From assembly GCA_903902965.1 (NCBI GenBank), contig CAIUXE010000102.1, positions 1,803 to 65,802 of the forward strand: DNA of 64,000 bases. The letters run 5' to 3'. Both the position numbers and the translations under genes were made by a program. Of the stretch, positions 9,005 to 18,130 are shown one piece after another. This DNA is from an uncultured Actinomycetes bacterium. Lineage in GTDB: Bacteria; Actinomycetota; Actinomycetes; Nanopelagicales; Nanopelagicaceae. How positions within the stretch are numbered: position 1 is the stretch's first letter; each line of letters opens with the position of its first letter. Below the pieces are notes generated by a model that had not been told where the DNA came from, searched no databases, and worked only from the letters and a program-made list of their open reading frames with translations.

Positions 9005-9865
9005 CTAAATGCTTCGCGCCCGAACAATTGCAATGAAATCTTTAAGTTCTAGCTCCTCAGCCCTTGAAGTTTGGGCAACTCCAGCCTTTTCTAAAATTGA
9101 AATTGCAGCGGAACTTCCTCCTGCCCAAACACTCAATGCGCTCCGCAGCATTTTGCGACGTTGCGAAAAAGCAGCATCAATAACGGCAAAAGTTTGAACT
9201 CTTAGCTCTTCATCCCCCGGCGATTCTCCGCGCTGAAATCCCACCAGTAGTGAATCTACATTTGGAACAGGCCAAAATACTTCCCTAGATACATTCCCAG
9301 CGATGGACATGTCAGCCCACCATTTAGCTTTAACGCTGGGAGTTCCATAAATTTTATTTCCAGGCCTTGCTGCTAGGCGCTGGGCAACTTCAGCTTGGAC
9401 CATGACTAGCCCTTTGTTAATTGAAGGAAATTTCTCAAGTAAATGCAAAATCACTGGAACTGAAATGTTGTATGGAAGGTTTGCTACTAATGCAGTTGGG
9501 CTTTGTGGCAAAACATTTATCAATTGAGCATCCTCATTAATAATCTGCAGTTTACCTGCGTGATCAGGAAGCTTATTTTGCATAGTCTCAGCTAACTGGC
9601 TCGCTAATCTACGGTCAATCTCTACTGCAATCACTTCACGCGCTTCTGGTAAAAGTGCAATAGTTAAAGAACCCAAACCTGGGCCAATTTCTAAAACAAC
9701 ATCCGTATTATTTATATTGGCCAGTCGAACTATTTTTCTACATGTATTCCCATCAATTACAAAATTCTGGCCAAGAGATTTAGCTGGATGTAGATCTAAT
9801 TGCTTGGCAATTTCACGGATCTCGCTTGCGCCTAGAGTTGGGGAGGTTGCTTCGGTATTTTCCAT
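9005..9865 (-). CDS. rsmA: 16S rRNA (adenine1518/1519-N6)-dimethyltransferase
   Basis: 286 aa with LGQNF, SAM motif VLEIGPGLGSLT, and NLPYNIS. Confidence 0.9.
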   Translation of the reverse strand: MENTEATSPTLGASEIREIAKQLDLHPAKSLGQNFVIDGNTCRKIVRLANINNTDVVLEIGPGLGSLTIALLPEAREVIAVEIDRRLASQLAETMQNKLPDHAGKLQIINEDAQLINVLPQSPTALVANLPYNISVPVILHLLEKFPSINKGLVMVQAEVAQRLAARPGNKIYGTPSVKAKWWADMSIAGNVSREVFWPVPNVDSLLVGFQRGESPGDEELRVQTFAVIDAAFSQRRKMLRSALSVWAGGSSAAISILEKAGVAQTSRAEELELKDFIAIVRARSI

Positions 9866-9867
9866 GG

Positions 9868-10725
9868 TTATTCGAATGCACCAAAAATAGATAATGCATT
9901 TTCACGGGTGGCTACAGCTAATTCATTAACATTGCGTTCCACAACTTCAGCCATAAATCTAAGTGTGTTTGGAATTTGTGCCGGTAAATTCAGTGAACCT
10001 CTGTACGGCATCGGTGCCAGAAATGGCGCATCAGTCTCTACTAACATTTGTGAAAGTGGAGTAATTTTTAAAGCTTCACGCAGTTCCGGTGCATTTTTAA
10101 ATGTCACCGTTCCTGCAAATGACAAGAAGTAGCCTGCCGCAATACATTCTTCCGCCATCTCTCGATCACCCGAGAAGCAATGAAATATAGTTTTCTCAGG
10201 GGCTCCCACTTCTCGCAAGACTCTTAAGACGTCTGAATGTGAATCCCTATCGTGAATAATTAATGCTTTATTTTTCCGCTTGGCAATTTCTATGTGTGCC
10301 CTAAATGAATCTTCTTGTTTTGCACGAAGAGCCGGCTCAGTTCTAAAAAAATCTAAACCAGTTTCTCCTATCCCTCTAACCCGTTGATCTGAAGCCAATT
10401 TTTCAATTTCCGTTAACTGCTCCTCAAGATTTTCTACAACTGGCGCCTCGTTTGGATGTAACGCAACAGCTGCAAGAACTTTGCCTGGCCAAGCATTCGC
10501 ACAGGCAACAGACCACTTTGATTGTTCTAAGTCATAACCAATTTGAACTACTCGATCAATTCCTACACTTTTTGCTTCATCTAAAATAAATCCAACTGCA
10601 GGATCATCCGCATTTGCTTTTGCAATCAGCTCCATGTGGCAATGTGAATCTATTGTTGTTTCTTCCAAAGGTTCAGGTAAAGGCGCGGCAACTCTTTCAA
10701 TATCGCGATTGTGCCGATCGGTCAC
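9868..10725 (-). CDS. TatD-family metal-dependent hydrolase/DNase
   Basis: Motifs DSHCHM, HCFSG and ETDAPFL. I prefer the GTG at 10725, which forms a GTGA overlap with the metG stop, over the ORF-track start at 10803. Confidence 0.85.
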   Translation of the reverse strand: MTDRHNRDIERVAAPLPEPLEETTIDSHCHMELIAKANADDPAVGFILDEAKSVGIDRVVQIGYDLEQSKWSVACANAWPGKVLAAVALHPNEAPVVENLEEQLTEIEKLASDQRVRGIGETGLDFFRTEPALRAKQEDSFRAHIEIAKRKNKALIIHDRDSHSDVLRVLREVGAPEKTIFHCFSGDREMAEECIAAGYFLSFAGTVTFKNAPELREALKITPLSQMLVETDAPFLAPMPYRGSLNLPAQIPNTLRFMAEVVERNVNELAVATRENALSIFGAFE

Positions 10726-12299
10726 GCGGTCTCCGGTTCTGGCAATCTGGGGAAAAGCACTTCTCCTCTTGATACTTGAACTCCTGCAGGCAGCTGTCCC
10801 CAATTAGCGACTTCACTTATTTTTTGATCACCAATCGGTCCAAGAATTTTCGCACCAAGTGCTTCCCATAATTTTTCAGAAGTCTCAGGCATTACTGGAT
10901 GAAACAGCACTGCAAGAATTCGAAGAGATTCAACAGTTGTGTACAAAACTTTTTCAAGCTCAACTTTATTTGCCGGATCTTTTGCGAGAACCCAAGGAGC
11001 CTGCTCGGTAACATAACCATTTACAACTTTGCAAAAATCTAGAATCGCTAAAATTCCACCTTGAAAATCTAAAGCGCAAATGCGTTCATCGGCTATTTCA
11101 CAAGCTTTTTGCGCTGCTTCAGCTAGTTTTGGTTCTACTGCTGGTTGTGGAATTTTGCCTTCGCAGTACTTTTCAATCATTGCAATGGATCTAGACGCTA
11201 GATTTCCAAAATCATTTGCAAGTTCACTTGTATACCGAGCAACCATATCTTCCCAAGAAAAAGAGCCATCTGTACCAAATGGAATTGATCGTAAAAAGTA
11301 ATATCTAAATGCGTCAACTCCGAAGAAATCGGTTATGTCTGAGGGAGCAATCCCAGTTAATTTGCTCTTGCTCATTTTCTCGCCTCCAACAAGCAACCAG
11401 CCGTGCGCAAAAACTTTTTTAGGCACTGGAATTCCCGCTGCCATTAACATTGCTGGCCAGATGACAGCATGAAACCTAAGAATGTCTTTACCAACTAGAT
11501 GAACATCAGCTGGCCAGGTTTGTGCAAACTTTTTCCCACCTTCAGAATTTGGATCATCACCAATTCCAACGGCAGTTGCATAATTGAGTAACGCGTCAAA
11601 CCAAACATAAACCACCTGTTTGGTATCCCATGGAACTGGGATTCCCCAATCAAATGAAGAGCGTGAAATTGAAAGATCTGAAACGCCCCCCTCCAAAAAG
11701 GAGAGAACTTCATTCCGCGCACTTGCTGGCTCGCAGGCACTTGGGTTGGCTTTGTAATGCTCAATCAAAGGTTGCGCAAAAGCAGATAATTTAAAAAACC
11801 AATTTGTTTCACTCAATAGCTCGACAGGTTTTGAGTGAATCGGGCAAAGTTTTTCATCAGGTGTAGAACCATCAAGTAAATCTCCAGCAAGTTTAAATTC
11901 TTCACATCCAACACAATATGGTCCTTCATATTTACCTTCATAAATGTGACCGGAATCTTTTAGTCCTTGCAAGAACCGTTGGACTCGATCCATATGTCGA
12001 TCTTCAGTTGTTCTAATAAAATCGTCATTCGCAATATTTAATTTTTCCCAAGTAGGGATCCAAGACGATTCAACTAATCGATCAGCCCAACTCTGTGGAT
12101 CGCTGCCATTGGCTTCGGCAGTGCGCATAACTTTTTGGCCATGCTCATCAGTTCCAGTTAGAAACCAAACTTGCTCACCTTTTTGACGGTGCCAACGAGT
12201 CAAAACATCTCCGGCTACAGTCGTGTAGGCATGCCCGATGTGCGGCGCATCATTTACATAGTAAATCGGCGTCGTCAGATAAAAGGCTTTGTTACTCAC
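10722..12299 (-). CDS. metG: methionine--tRNA ligase
   Basis: 525 aa with the HIGH motif (PHIGHAY) and KMSKS motif (KMSKSK). GTG start overlaps the rsmI stop (GTGA). Confidence 0.95.
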   Translation of the reverse strand: MSNKAFYLTTPIYYVNDAPHIGHAYTTVAGDVLTRWHRQKGEQVWFLTGTDEHGQKVMRTAEANGSDPQSWADRLVESSWIPTWEKLNIANDDFIRTTEDRHMDRVQRFLQGLKDSGHIYEGKYEGPYCVGCEEFKLAGDLLDGSTPDEKLCPIHSKPVELLSETNWFFKLSAFAQPLIEHYKANPSACEPASARNEVLSFLEGGVSDLSISRSSFDWGIPVPWDTKQVVYVWFDALLNYATAVGIGDDPNSEGGKKFAQTWPADVHLVGKDILRFHAVIWPAMLMAAGIPVPKKVFAHGWLLVGGEKMSKSKLTGIAPSDITDFFGVDAFRYYFLRSIPFGTDGSFSWEDMVARYTSELANDFGNLASRSIAMIEKYCEGKIPQPAVEPKLAEAAQKACEIADERICALDFQGGILAILDFCKVVNGYVTEQAPWVLAKDPANKVELEKVLYTTVESLRILAVLFHPVMPETSEKLWEALGAKILGPIGDQKISEVANWGQLPAGVQVSRGEVLFPRLPEPETA

Positions 12300-13147
12300 T
12301 GTCCTATCTTAGAGGCGACTAAGGCATCAAAAATCGCCCGTTTACGCAAGCCAAACTCCGCTGCAATCTGTGCGACGGCCTCTTGTCTTGTAGCCCCAAC
12401 TCCCTCCAGCTCCTTCACTTTTGCAGCTATTTCAAGAGGTGATAACTCAGGTTTCTCCTCAGCGCTCGGCCCGGCAATCACTAATGTAATTTCACCCAGC
12501 ATCTCTTTTGAATTGGCCCATTTCTCCAATTCATCTAACGATCCGCGCACAGTTTCTTCATGTGTTTTTGTCATTTCGCGGCAAACTGCGCCTTGACGCT
12601 TGCTCCCTAAAATTTCTATCGCATCAGTAAGAGTTTCTCTAATGCGATGTGGTGCTTCAAATAAAACAACAGTTCTGCTTTCTGTTTTGATGCTTTCAAA
12701 ATAATTTTGCCGCGCTTGTTGAGTTCTCGGTGGGAATCCATCAAAAATATATCGTTCCATTGATAAACCAGAAAGTAGTAATGCCGTACTAGCTGCACTT
12801 GGACCAGGTACAACCTCAATTTCAAAATTTGCATCTAGTGCTGCTCTCACAATTAAATAACCAGGATCACTAATTCCTGGCATTCCCGCGTCAGTAATAA
12901 CTAAAACAGTTTTACCGTCATTTAAAGCAGAAATTAATTCAGGCGTCCGCTGCGCTTCATTGCCAGCAAAAAATGAAACCACTGGGGCGCTAAGTGAAAT
13001 ATTTAAATCACTGCAAAGCCGTAAAAGCCGACGGGTATCCTCGGCGGCAATGAGATCTACTTCTCCCAGCAAATCTCGCACGCGTAGCGAGAGGTCTCGA
13101 CTATTGCCTAATGGGGCACCAGCGAGGATTAATAGGCTCTTTTTCAC
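12296..13147 (-). CDS. rsmI: 16S rRNA (cytidine1402-2'-O)-methyltransferase
   Basis: 283 aa, tetrapyrrole-methylase-type fold motifs (AEDTRR, ITDAGMPGISDPG). Conserved partner of metG. Confidence 0.9.
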   Translation of the reverse strand: MKKSLLILAGAPLGNSRDLSLRVRDLLGEVDLIAAEDTRRLLRLCSDLNISLSAPVVSFFAGNEAQRTPELISALNDGKTVLVITDAGMPGISDPGYLIVRAALDANFEIEVVPGPSAASTALLLSGLSMERYIFDGFPPRTQQARQNYFESIKTESRTVVLFEAPHRIRETLTDAIEILGSKRQGAVCREMTKTHEETVRGSLDELEKWANSKEMLGEITLVIAGPSAEEKPELSPLEIAAKVKELEGVGATRQEAVAQIAAEFGLRKRAIFDALVASKIGQ

Positions 13148-13180
13148 ACACTTATCATCTCAGGTTCTAACCTATCCTCT

Positions 13181-14512
13181 ATGACCAAAGCGCTGGAAGG
13201 CATCCGATACCTTCTGGTGCGCCGATGGCTAATTCTGATTCTTGCGTTTTCAGCGGCCGTGCGTTTTGTAAATCTGTCCCGTCCAAAAAAATTGGTTTTT
13301 GATGAGATTTACTACGTAGACGGAGCGAGAGATTTCTTAAAATATGCGGTCGAGGTTGAAAAGGGTAAATCTGAATTTATAGTGCACCCACCTATCGGCA
13401 AATGGGTTATTGCTTCGGGAATTAAATTATTTGGTGACAATCCTTTTGGATGGAGATTCTCTACCGCACTGCTTGGGACTCTCTCAATTCTTTTTGTCTA
13501 TTTAATAGCAAAACATTTATTTTACTCTGAAAAATGGGCTTTGCTGTCTGCAGCATTAGTTTCACTTGATGGCCTACATCTTGTTATGTCACGTACTGCC
13601 CTACTGGATATGACACTTATGTTTTTTGTTTTAATTGGTCTTTACGCACTACTAAAAGAGAGATTTTGGTCTGCTGGATTTTTACTCGGCTTAGCGCTCG
13701 CAACAAAGTGGAGTGCTATTTACTATATTGCTTTTTTTGGGATTTATTACTTAGTAAGAGATATTTATCAAATCCGCAAAAATGGAGACTTTAAGATTCA
13801 AAATTATTTTAGAGCAACGACAATTCGAACTGTTCAGTTGGCAATTTTGCCGATTTTCACATACGTGGCAACTTGGTTCGGTTGGTTTCAATCCACATTG
13901 GGATGGAGCCGAAATTGGGGAAGTCAAAATGCTGGAATATTCCCAAATGCCCTCAGCTCTTTTTGGCATTATCACTCTGAAATTCTCTACTTTCATACGC
14001 ATCTAACTGAAAATCATAGTTATGAGGCAAAAGCTTGGTATTGGCTACTTATTTATCGGCCAACATCTTTTTTCTACGAGACCCCAAAGGGGTGTGGCGC
14101 CTCCTCTTGTGCTCAAGAAGTTCTGGCTATGGGCACACCTCTACTTTGGTGGTGCTCATCAATAGCGCTGGTGATTTTGGTTGGCTATTGGATTAAAAAT
14201 AAACAATGGAATTCTGGCTTTATTTTGCTTGCCATAAGCGCAGGCTATCTTCCTTGGTTTGTCTATCCGCAACGTACAACTTTTACTTTCTACTCAATTA
14301 TTTTCGAGCCTTGGCTAATGATGGCTCTTGTGGCCGTATTGCGAATTTATTATTTAAATTCATTTGGAAATCCGAAGTTAAAGCATTACTCAATCGTTTT
14401 TCTTTTTTGTATTTTCGCTGCAAATTTTATATATCATTTCCCAATTTTTGTAGGGCAAATTCTTACTTATAATGATTGGCGTTCATTAATGTGGTTTAAA
14501 AAGTGGATCTAA
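13181..14512 (+). CDS. dolichyl-phosphate-mannose--protein mannosyltransferase (PMT family)
   Basis: 443 aa polytopic membrane protein. Early-loop motif FDEIYYVDGARDF. Divergent from rsmI, like mycobacterial Rv1002c/Rv1003. Confidence 0.75.
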   Translation: MTKALEGIRYLLVRRWLILILAFSAAVRFVNLSRPKKLVFDEIYYVDGARDFLKYAVEVEKGKSEFIVHPPIGKWVIASGIKLFGDNPFGWRFSTALLGTLSILFVYLIAKHLFYSEKWALLSAALVSLDGLHLVMSRTALLDMTLMFFVLIGLYALLKERFWSAGFLLGLALATKWSAIYYIAFFGIYYLVRDIYQIRKNGDFKIQNYFRATTIRTVQLAILPIFTYVATWFGWFQSTLGWSRNWGSQNAGIFPNALSSFWHYHSEILYFHTHLTENHSYEAKAWYWLLIYRPTSFFYETPKGCGASSCAQEVLAMGTPLLWWCSSIALVILVGYWIKNKQWNSGFILLAISAGYLPWFVYPQRTTFTFYSIIFEPWLMMALVAVLRIYYLNSFGNPKLKHYSIVFLFCIFAANFIYHFPIFVGQILTYNDWRSLMWFKKWI

Positions 14513-14516
14513 TTAA

Positions 14517-15194
14517 TTAATTTGCTGCGCGTAAATCAGCTTGCTCTATGGCTACCTGATCAAATATTTCATCAGGCCCTACAGCCACTTCTACTGTAAT
14601 TGCCACTTCTTTAGTTGGACGAGAAGTTGCTTTAGCAGCCGTAACATAGGTTGGAAGTGGTACTTCTGATGGCTGCCATGTTGTATTTGGAATTACAGTC
14701 ACTGTGGTTGATGGACGTAAAGGAATCCAATGTTCTGTTGCATTTTCATTAGAGCGATAGAGCACGTCTGAAAAATTAGCACGAACTCCGTTTGTCGCTC
14801 TTGCTGCTGCAAGCCTGCGACGAGTCGCAACTTCTTCCACAATTTTTTGCCTTCGCACATGAATGACATAAATTAAAACTAATGAGATTGGAAGTGCATT
14901 TGTTTTAAAAGGAACTCCACCAAATAAAGTTGAAATGAAAATTACAATAAAAATTCCAGATAGTCCGATGAAAATTAATTGGCGTTGACGCATTTGACGA
15001 ATTTTATTTTCAGCGACTTCTGTGCGGCTTGGAAGATTTTCATGACTTGTTCCCAGAGAGACCAAACTCATGGCACTTTGATATCGCTCTAAACTTCTAT
15101 TGTCTGAAATCTCATCGTGAGTTCGTAACCACCTTGGAAGAAAATAGGCTACCCACATTGCAACAACGGCGAAGTAGATCAAACCGGAACTCAT
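14517..15194 (-). CDS. sepX: membrane protein, candidate divisome protein SepX/GlpR-like
   Basis: 225 aa with about 3 N-terminal TM segments and a soluble tail. Called from position only: two genes downstream of the MoeA-like glp with a GNAT between, as in the Corynebacterium glp/glpR and Mtb Rv0994-Rv0996 arrangement. Confidence 0.45.
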   Translation of the reverse strand: MSSGLIYFAVVAMWVAYFLPRWLRTHDEISDNRSLERYQSAMSLVSLGTSHENLPSRTEVAENKIRQMRQRQLIFIGLSGIFIVIFISTLFGGVPFKTNALPISLVLIYVIHVRRQKIVEEVATRRRLAAARATNGVRANFSDVLYRSNENATEHWIPLRPSTTVTVIPNTTWQPSEVPLPTYVTAAKATSRPTKEVAITVEVAVGPDEIFDQVAIEQADLRAAN

Positions 15195-15235
15195 GATGGT
15201 TAACGATAGGAGTTTTGATGCTTCAAATCATGGAT

Positions 15236-15790
15236 TTAAGGAGTGTGGCTGCTTCGTGTTGATTCATGAACTTTTACGTAAGTGTGATGATCTCGCCAAT
15301 CCCCGTCAATGTGCAAAAACCGCTTTCGCAAACTTTCGAATTCGAATCCACATTTAAGCGCTACCTGCTTTGAAGCGGCATTTTCTGGACGCATTGAAAT
15401 TTCTAAACGGTGTAATCCAAGCTCTTTCAAGGCATATTCACTCACTAAATTCACAGCTATTGGAATAAACCCCCGTCCAGCAAGTTCTGCGGTGATCCAA
15501 TACCCAATATGACCACCTCGATATGAGCCAAACGAGATTCCAGCTAATGTGATTTGGCCACAAATCCTGCCCTGATAAACCACTGCCCACGTAATTGAGC
15601 GCAAGGCTTTCTCTTCGCGACGATGGAATGCTCGCATTTGCTGAAAGGTTGGCAATGAAATTAATGGATCTGGCGAAGTAGCTTCCCAAGGCCTGAGCCA
15701 TTTTTCATTTTTGTATCGAAGGAGTTCCCACTCTTTTTTATCAGTTCTGCGCAGCGGCCGTAATTTTATTTCGCCACTTTCTAGCAACAC
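15236..15790 (-). CDS. GNAT-family N-acetyltransferase (RimJ/RimL-like)
   Basis: 184 aa. Acetyl-CoA-binding region GHIGYWITAELAGRGF. Same position as rimJ downstream of moeA1 in mycobacteria. Confidence 0.8.
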   Translation of the reverse strand: MLLESGEIKLRPLRRTDKKEWELLRYKNEKWLRPWEATSPDPLISLPTFQQMRAFHRREEKALRSITWAVVYQGRICGQITLAGISFGSYRGGHIGYWITAELAGRGFIPIAVNLVSEYALKELGLHRLEISMRPENAASKQVALKCGFEFESLRKRFLHIDGDWRDHHTYVKVHESTRSSHTP

Positions 15791-15791
15791 T

Positions 15792-16682
15792 TTAATCTGC
15801 TCTCAACTCAAGATTCATAACAGGAACCAATTCTGCACTTGCCAAATTCGTTACTCCCGCCGGAACAATTATAAAAGAGTTGGCATCTGCCCAATTTTCT
15901 AAATTAAGAGCTTTAACATTTCTTTCGCTATGAGTTAAATCTATGACTGCTGGAAGGTAGCGCTGGGCCCCAGACTCTAAGTTGATTGCCTCTATCAATT
16001 TTGCATTCAAAATGGGGTGTGAAATGTTTTTTCTTCCGAACATGTGACGAATCATTGGTCGCACAAATAATTCAAAAGAAATAAATGCGGTCATCGGGTC
16101 GGTCGGCAAAGTTATTACTGGCGTTTTGTCTGGCCCTATTAACCCAAAACTATGGCTTCCAGTTGGGTTCATGTCGATTTGAATTTTGCTGATAACTCCA
16201 AGCTCGGTTAGTGCCGCCTGAGTCATCTCCTCAGATTCTGGCCCACTAGTAATAACTATTAGATCAGCACGTACAAGCTGATCTTCAATGAGTAACCTAA
16301 GTTGCGAAGAAGTTGTGGGAATCGTATGGACTCGATAACCAATTGCACCAGCTTCTCGAACTGATGTAGTTAATAACCAAGAGTTAACTTCGTAAAAATG
16401 AGCGGTTTCCAGTTGCTCGCCCGGTTCCGTCAGATCTCCTCCTGCTGAAATCACTACTACGCGAGGATGCGGGCGTGTGGGCAAGTGATCTAATCCGACA
16501 GATGCGGCTATCCCAATATGCGCAGATCTAATTCGGCTTCCACCAGTTAATACTCTGCGAGTTCCTACTTCGATATCCGAAGCGAGCGTCGCACCATGTG
16601 CATCTAATAATGGTAAATCTAAAGGAGCGAGTGGTTGGGCAAGTAATAAAAGTTGCTTTAAATAACTTTCAGCGTTTTCCAT
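15792..16682 (-). CDS. glp: MoeA/gephyrin-like protein, shortened (Glp-like)
   Basis: 296 aa. MoeA-like N-terminus (LPLLDAHGATLASDI), domain III (RVVVISAGGDLTEPG) and a C-terminal domain. Domain II appears absent and the catalytic motifs are degenerate. Sits between galU and the GNAT gene. Confidence 0.6.
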   Translation of the reverse strand: MENAESYLKQLLLLAQPLAPLDLPLLDAHGATLASDIEVGTRRVLTGGSRIRSAHIGIAASVGLDHLPTRPHPRVVVISAGGDLTEPGEQLETAHFYEVNSWLLTTSVREAGAIGYRVHTIPTTSSQLRLLIEDQLVRADLIVITSGPESEEMTQAALTELGVISKIQIDMNPTGSHSFGLIGPDKTPVITLPTDPMTAFISFELFVRPMIRHMFGRKNISHPILNAKLIEAINLESGAQRYLPAVIDLTHSERNVKALNLENWADANSFIIVPAGVTNLASAELVPVMNLELRAD

Positions 16683-17571
16683 TCAAATTCCCAACAAAAT
16701 TTTCAAGCCACCCGGTGAACTCTCCACCAATATCTTCTCTTGCACTTGCTAGTTCAACGACTGTTTTTAAGTAACTAACGCGATCGCCTGTGTCATAACG
16801 TCGTCCCGAAAAAATCACTCCATGAACTGGACCACCCAATTTTTCATTTATTGCTAATTCTCGAATCGCATCAGTCAATTGAATCTCGCCCCCACGACCG
16901 GCTTGTGTTTTTTCCAATACTTTAAAAATTGCAGGATCTAAGACATACCTACCAATAATTGCTAAATTAGAAGGGGCGCTTTCAATATTTGGTTTCTCAA
17001 CTAGATCAAGAATTTGAACTATGTTGTTTGAATCAGTTTTATTAACTGAGGCGATGCCATAAAGGCTAACTTGAGAATCAGGAACTTCCATCAAAGCAAT
17101 TACGCTTCCACCAAATTTTTTATGCACAGCAAGCATTTCTGCTAAAAGATTATCTTCTTCTGCAATTAAGTCATCGCCAAGTAAAACTACAAAGGTTTCA
17201 TTGCCAACATGATTAGCCGCTGTCAGAACAGCATGCCCTAGTCCGAGTGGATCACCTTGACGCACATAATGAATTTTCCCAAGCTCCGTTATTTCTTTCA
17301 CTGCTGCTAACTTTTCGACATCGCCACGATTTTCTAGTGTCGCCTCAAGTTCGATTGCTCGATCAAAATGATCTTCAAGAGCACCTTTATTTCTTCCGGT
17401 AATTAGCAACACGTCGCTTAAACCTGCCCGAATGGCTTCTTCAACCACATATTGGATGGCTGGTTTATCAACGATGGGGAGCATCTCTTTTGGAATCGAC
17501 TTGGTTGCTGGCAGAAAGCGAGTGCCCAGGCCGGCAGCCGGAATTACTGCCTTAAATACATTAGATCCCAT
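16669..17571 (-). CDS. galU: UTP--glucose-1-phosphate uridylyltransferase
   Basis: AAGLGTRFLPATKSIPKEMLP motif. I prefer the ATG at 17571 (AAGGTG 8 nt upstream) over the GTG at 17580. Confidence 0.9.
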   Translation of the reverse strand: MGSNVFKAVIPAAGLGTRFLPATKSIPKEMLPIVDKPAIQYVVEEAIRAGLSDVLLITGRNKGALEDHFDRAIELEATLENRGDVEKLAAVKEITELGKIHYVRQGDPLGLGHAVLTAANHVGNETFVVLLGDDLIAEEDNLLAEMLAVHKKFGGSVIALMEVPDSQVSLYGIASVNKTDSNNIVQILDLVEKPNIESAPSNLAIIGRYVLDPAIFKVLEKTQAGRGGEIQLTDAIRELAINEKLGGPVHGVIFSGRRYDTGDRVSYLKTVVELASAREDIGGEFTGWLENFVGNLNGKR

Positions 17572-17596
17572 AGTGATCACACCTTACGCTGATCAC

Positions 17597-18130
17597 ATGG
17601 AAGAGAAGAGCCAGACTCGGCGTGTGCTGCGCAACTTGCGAAAATTGGCCCCCGAAGGTGATGAGCGGGCAGGTTCACATCTGCTTGAGGAACTGGAGAA
17701 ACTTGAAAGAGAGGGATTCGGTCATATAAAACCTATAAATGTGATCGCCTCCTACACCTCTTACGGAAATGAGCCATCAACTCAAGGGTTTAACTCCACT
17801 CTCTTGGGTCGTGGGGTCCAAATACTTCTGCCGCATTTACTCGAGGACAATTCTTTGGAATGGATTGATTCTAAATCTGGGGAAAATTTGGGAATAGTCG
17901 GAATTTCTTTGGCACAGGTTGTTGTAGTCCCAGCTTTGAGCGTCGATGCAAGCGGAATCAGGATCGGCCAAGGTGGCGGTTCATATGATCGAGCTCTTAA
18001 ATTGAATTCAGGCTGGAAAGTTTGTTTGTTGCATGATGGAGAAATTTTTGAGGGAGATTTACCACAAGAAATTCACGATCAAAAAGTTGATGCAGTTGCT
18101 ACTCCAACTAAGTTAATTCGATTTAGCTAA
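17597..18130 (+). CDS. 5-formyltetrahydrofolate cyclo-ligase
   Basis: C-terminal VVVPALSVDASGIRIGQGGGSYDR motif. I prefer the ATG at 17597 because the ORF-track start at 17432 lies inside galU. Divergent from galU as in Mtb Rv0992c/Rv0993. Confidence 0.8.
   Translation: MEEKSQTRRVLRNLRKLAPEGDERAGSHLLEELEKLEREGFGHIKPINVIASYTSYGNEPSTQGFNSTLLGRGVQILLPHLLEDNSLEWIDSKSGENLGIVGISLAQVVVVPALSVDASGIRIGQGGGSYDRALKLNSGWKVCLLHDGEIFEGDLPQEIHDQKVDAVATPTKLIRFS

Noticed and set aside
10726-10803. N-terminal extension of the TatD ORF (MGTAACRSSSIKRR...).
   Set aside because: It overlaps the metG 3' end by 82 nt. A GTG forming a GTGA junction with the metG stop gives a TatD of normal length, with the DSHCH motif near its N-terminus.
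17432-17596. N-terminal 55-codon extension of the 5-FCL ORF.
   Set aside because: It would run entirely antisense through the galU 5' end. An ATG at 17597 just outside galU gives a normal-length protein.
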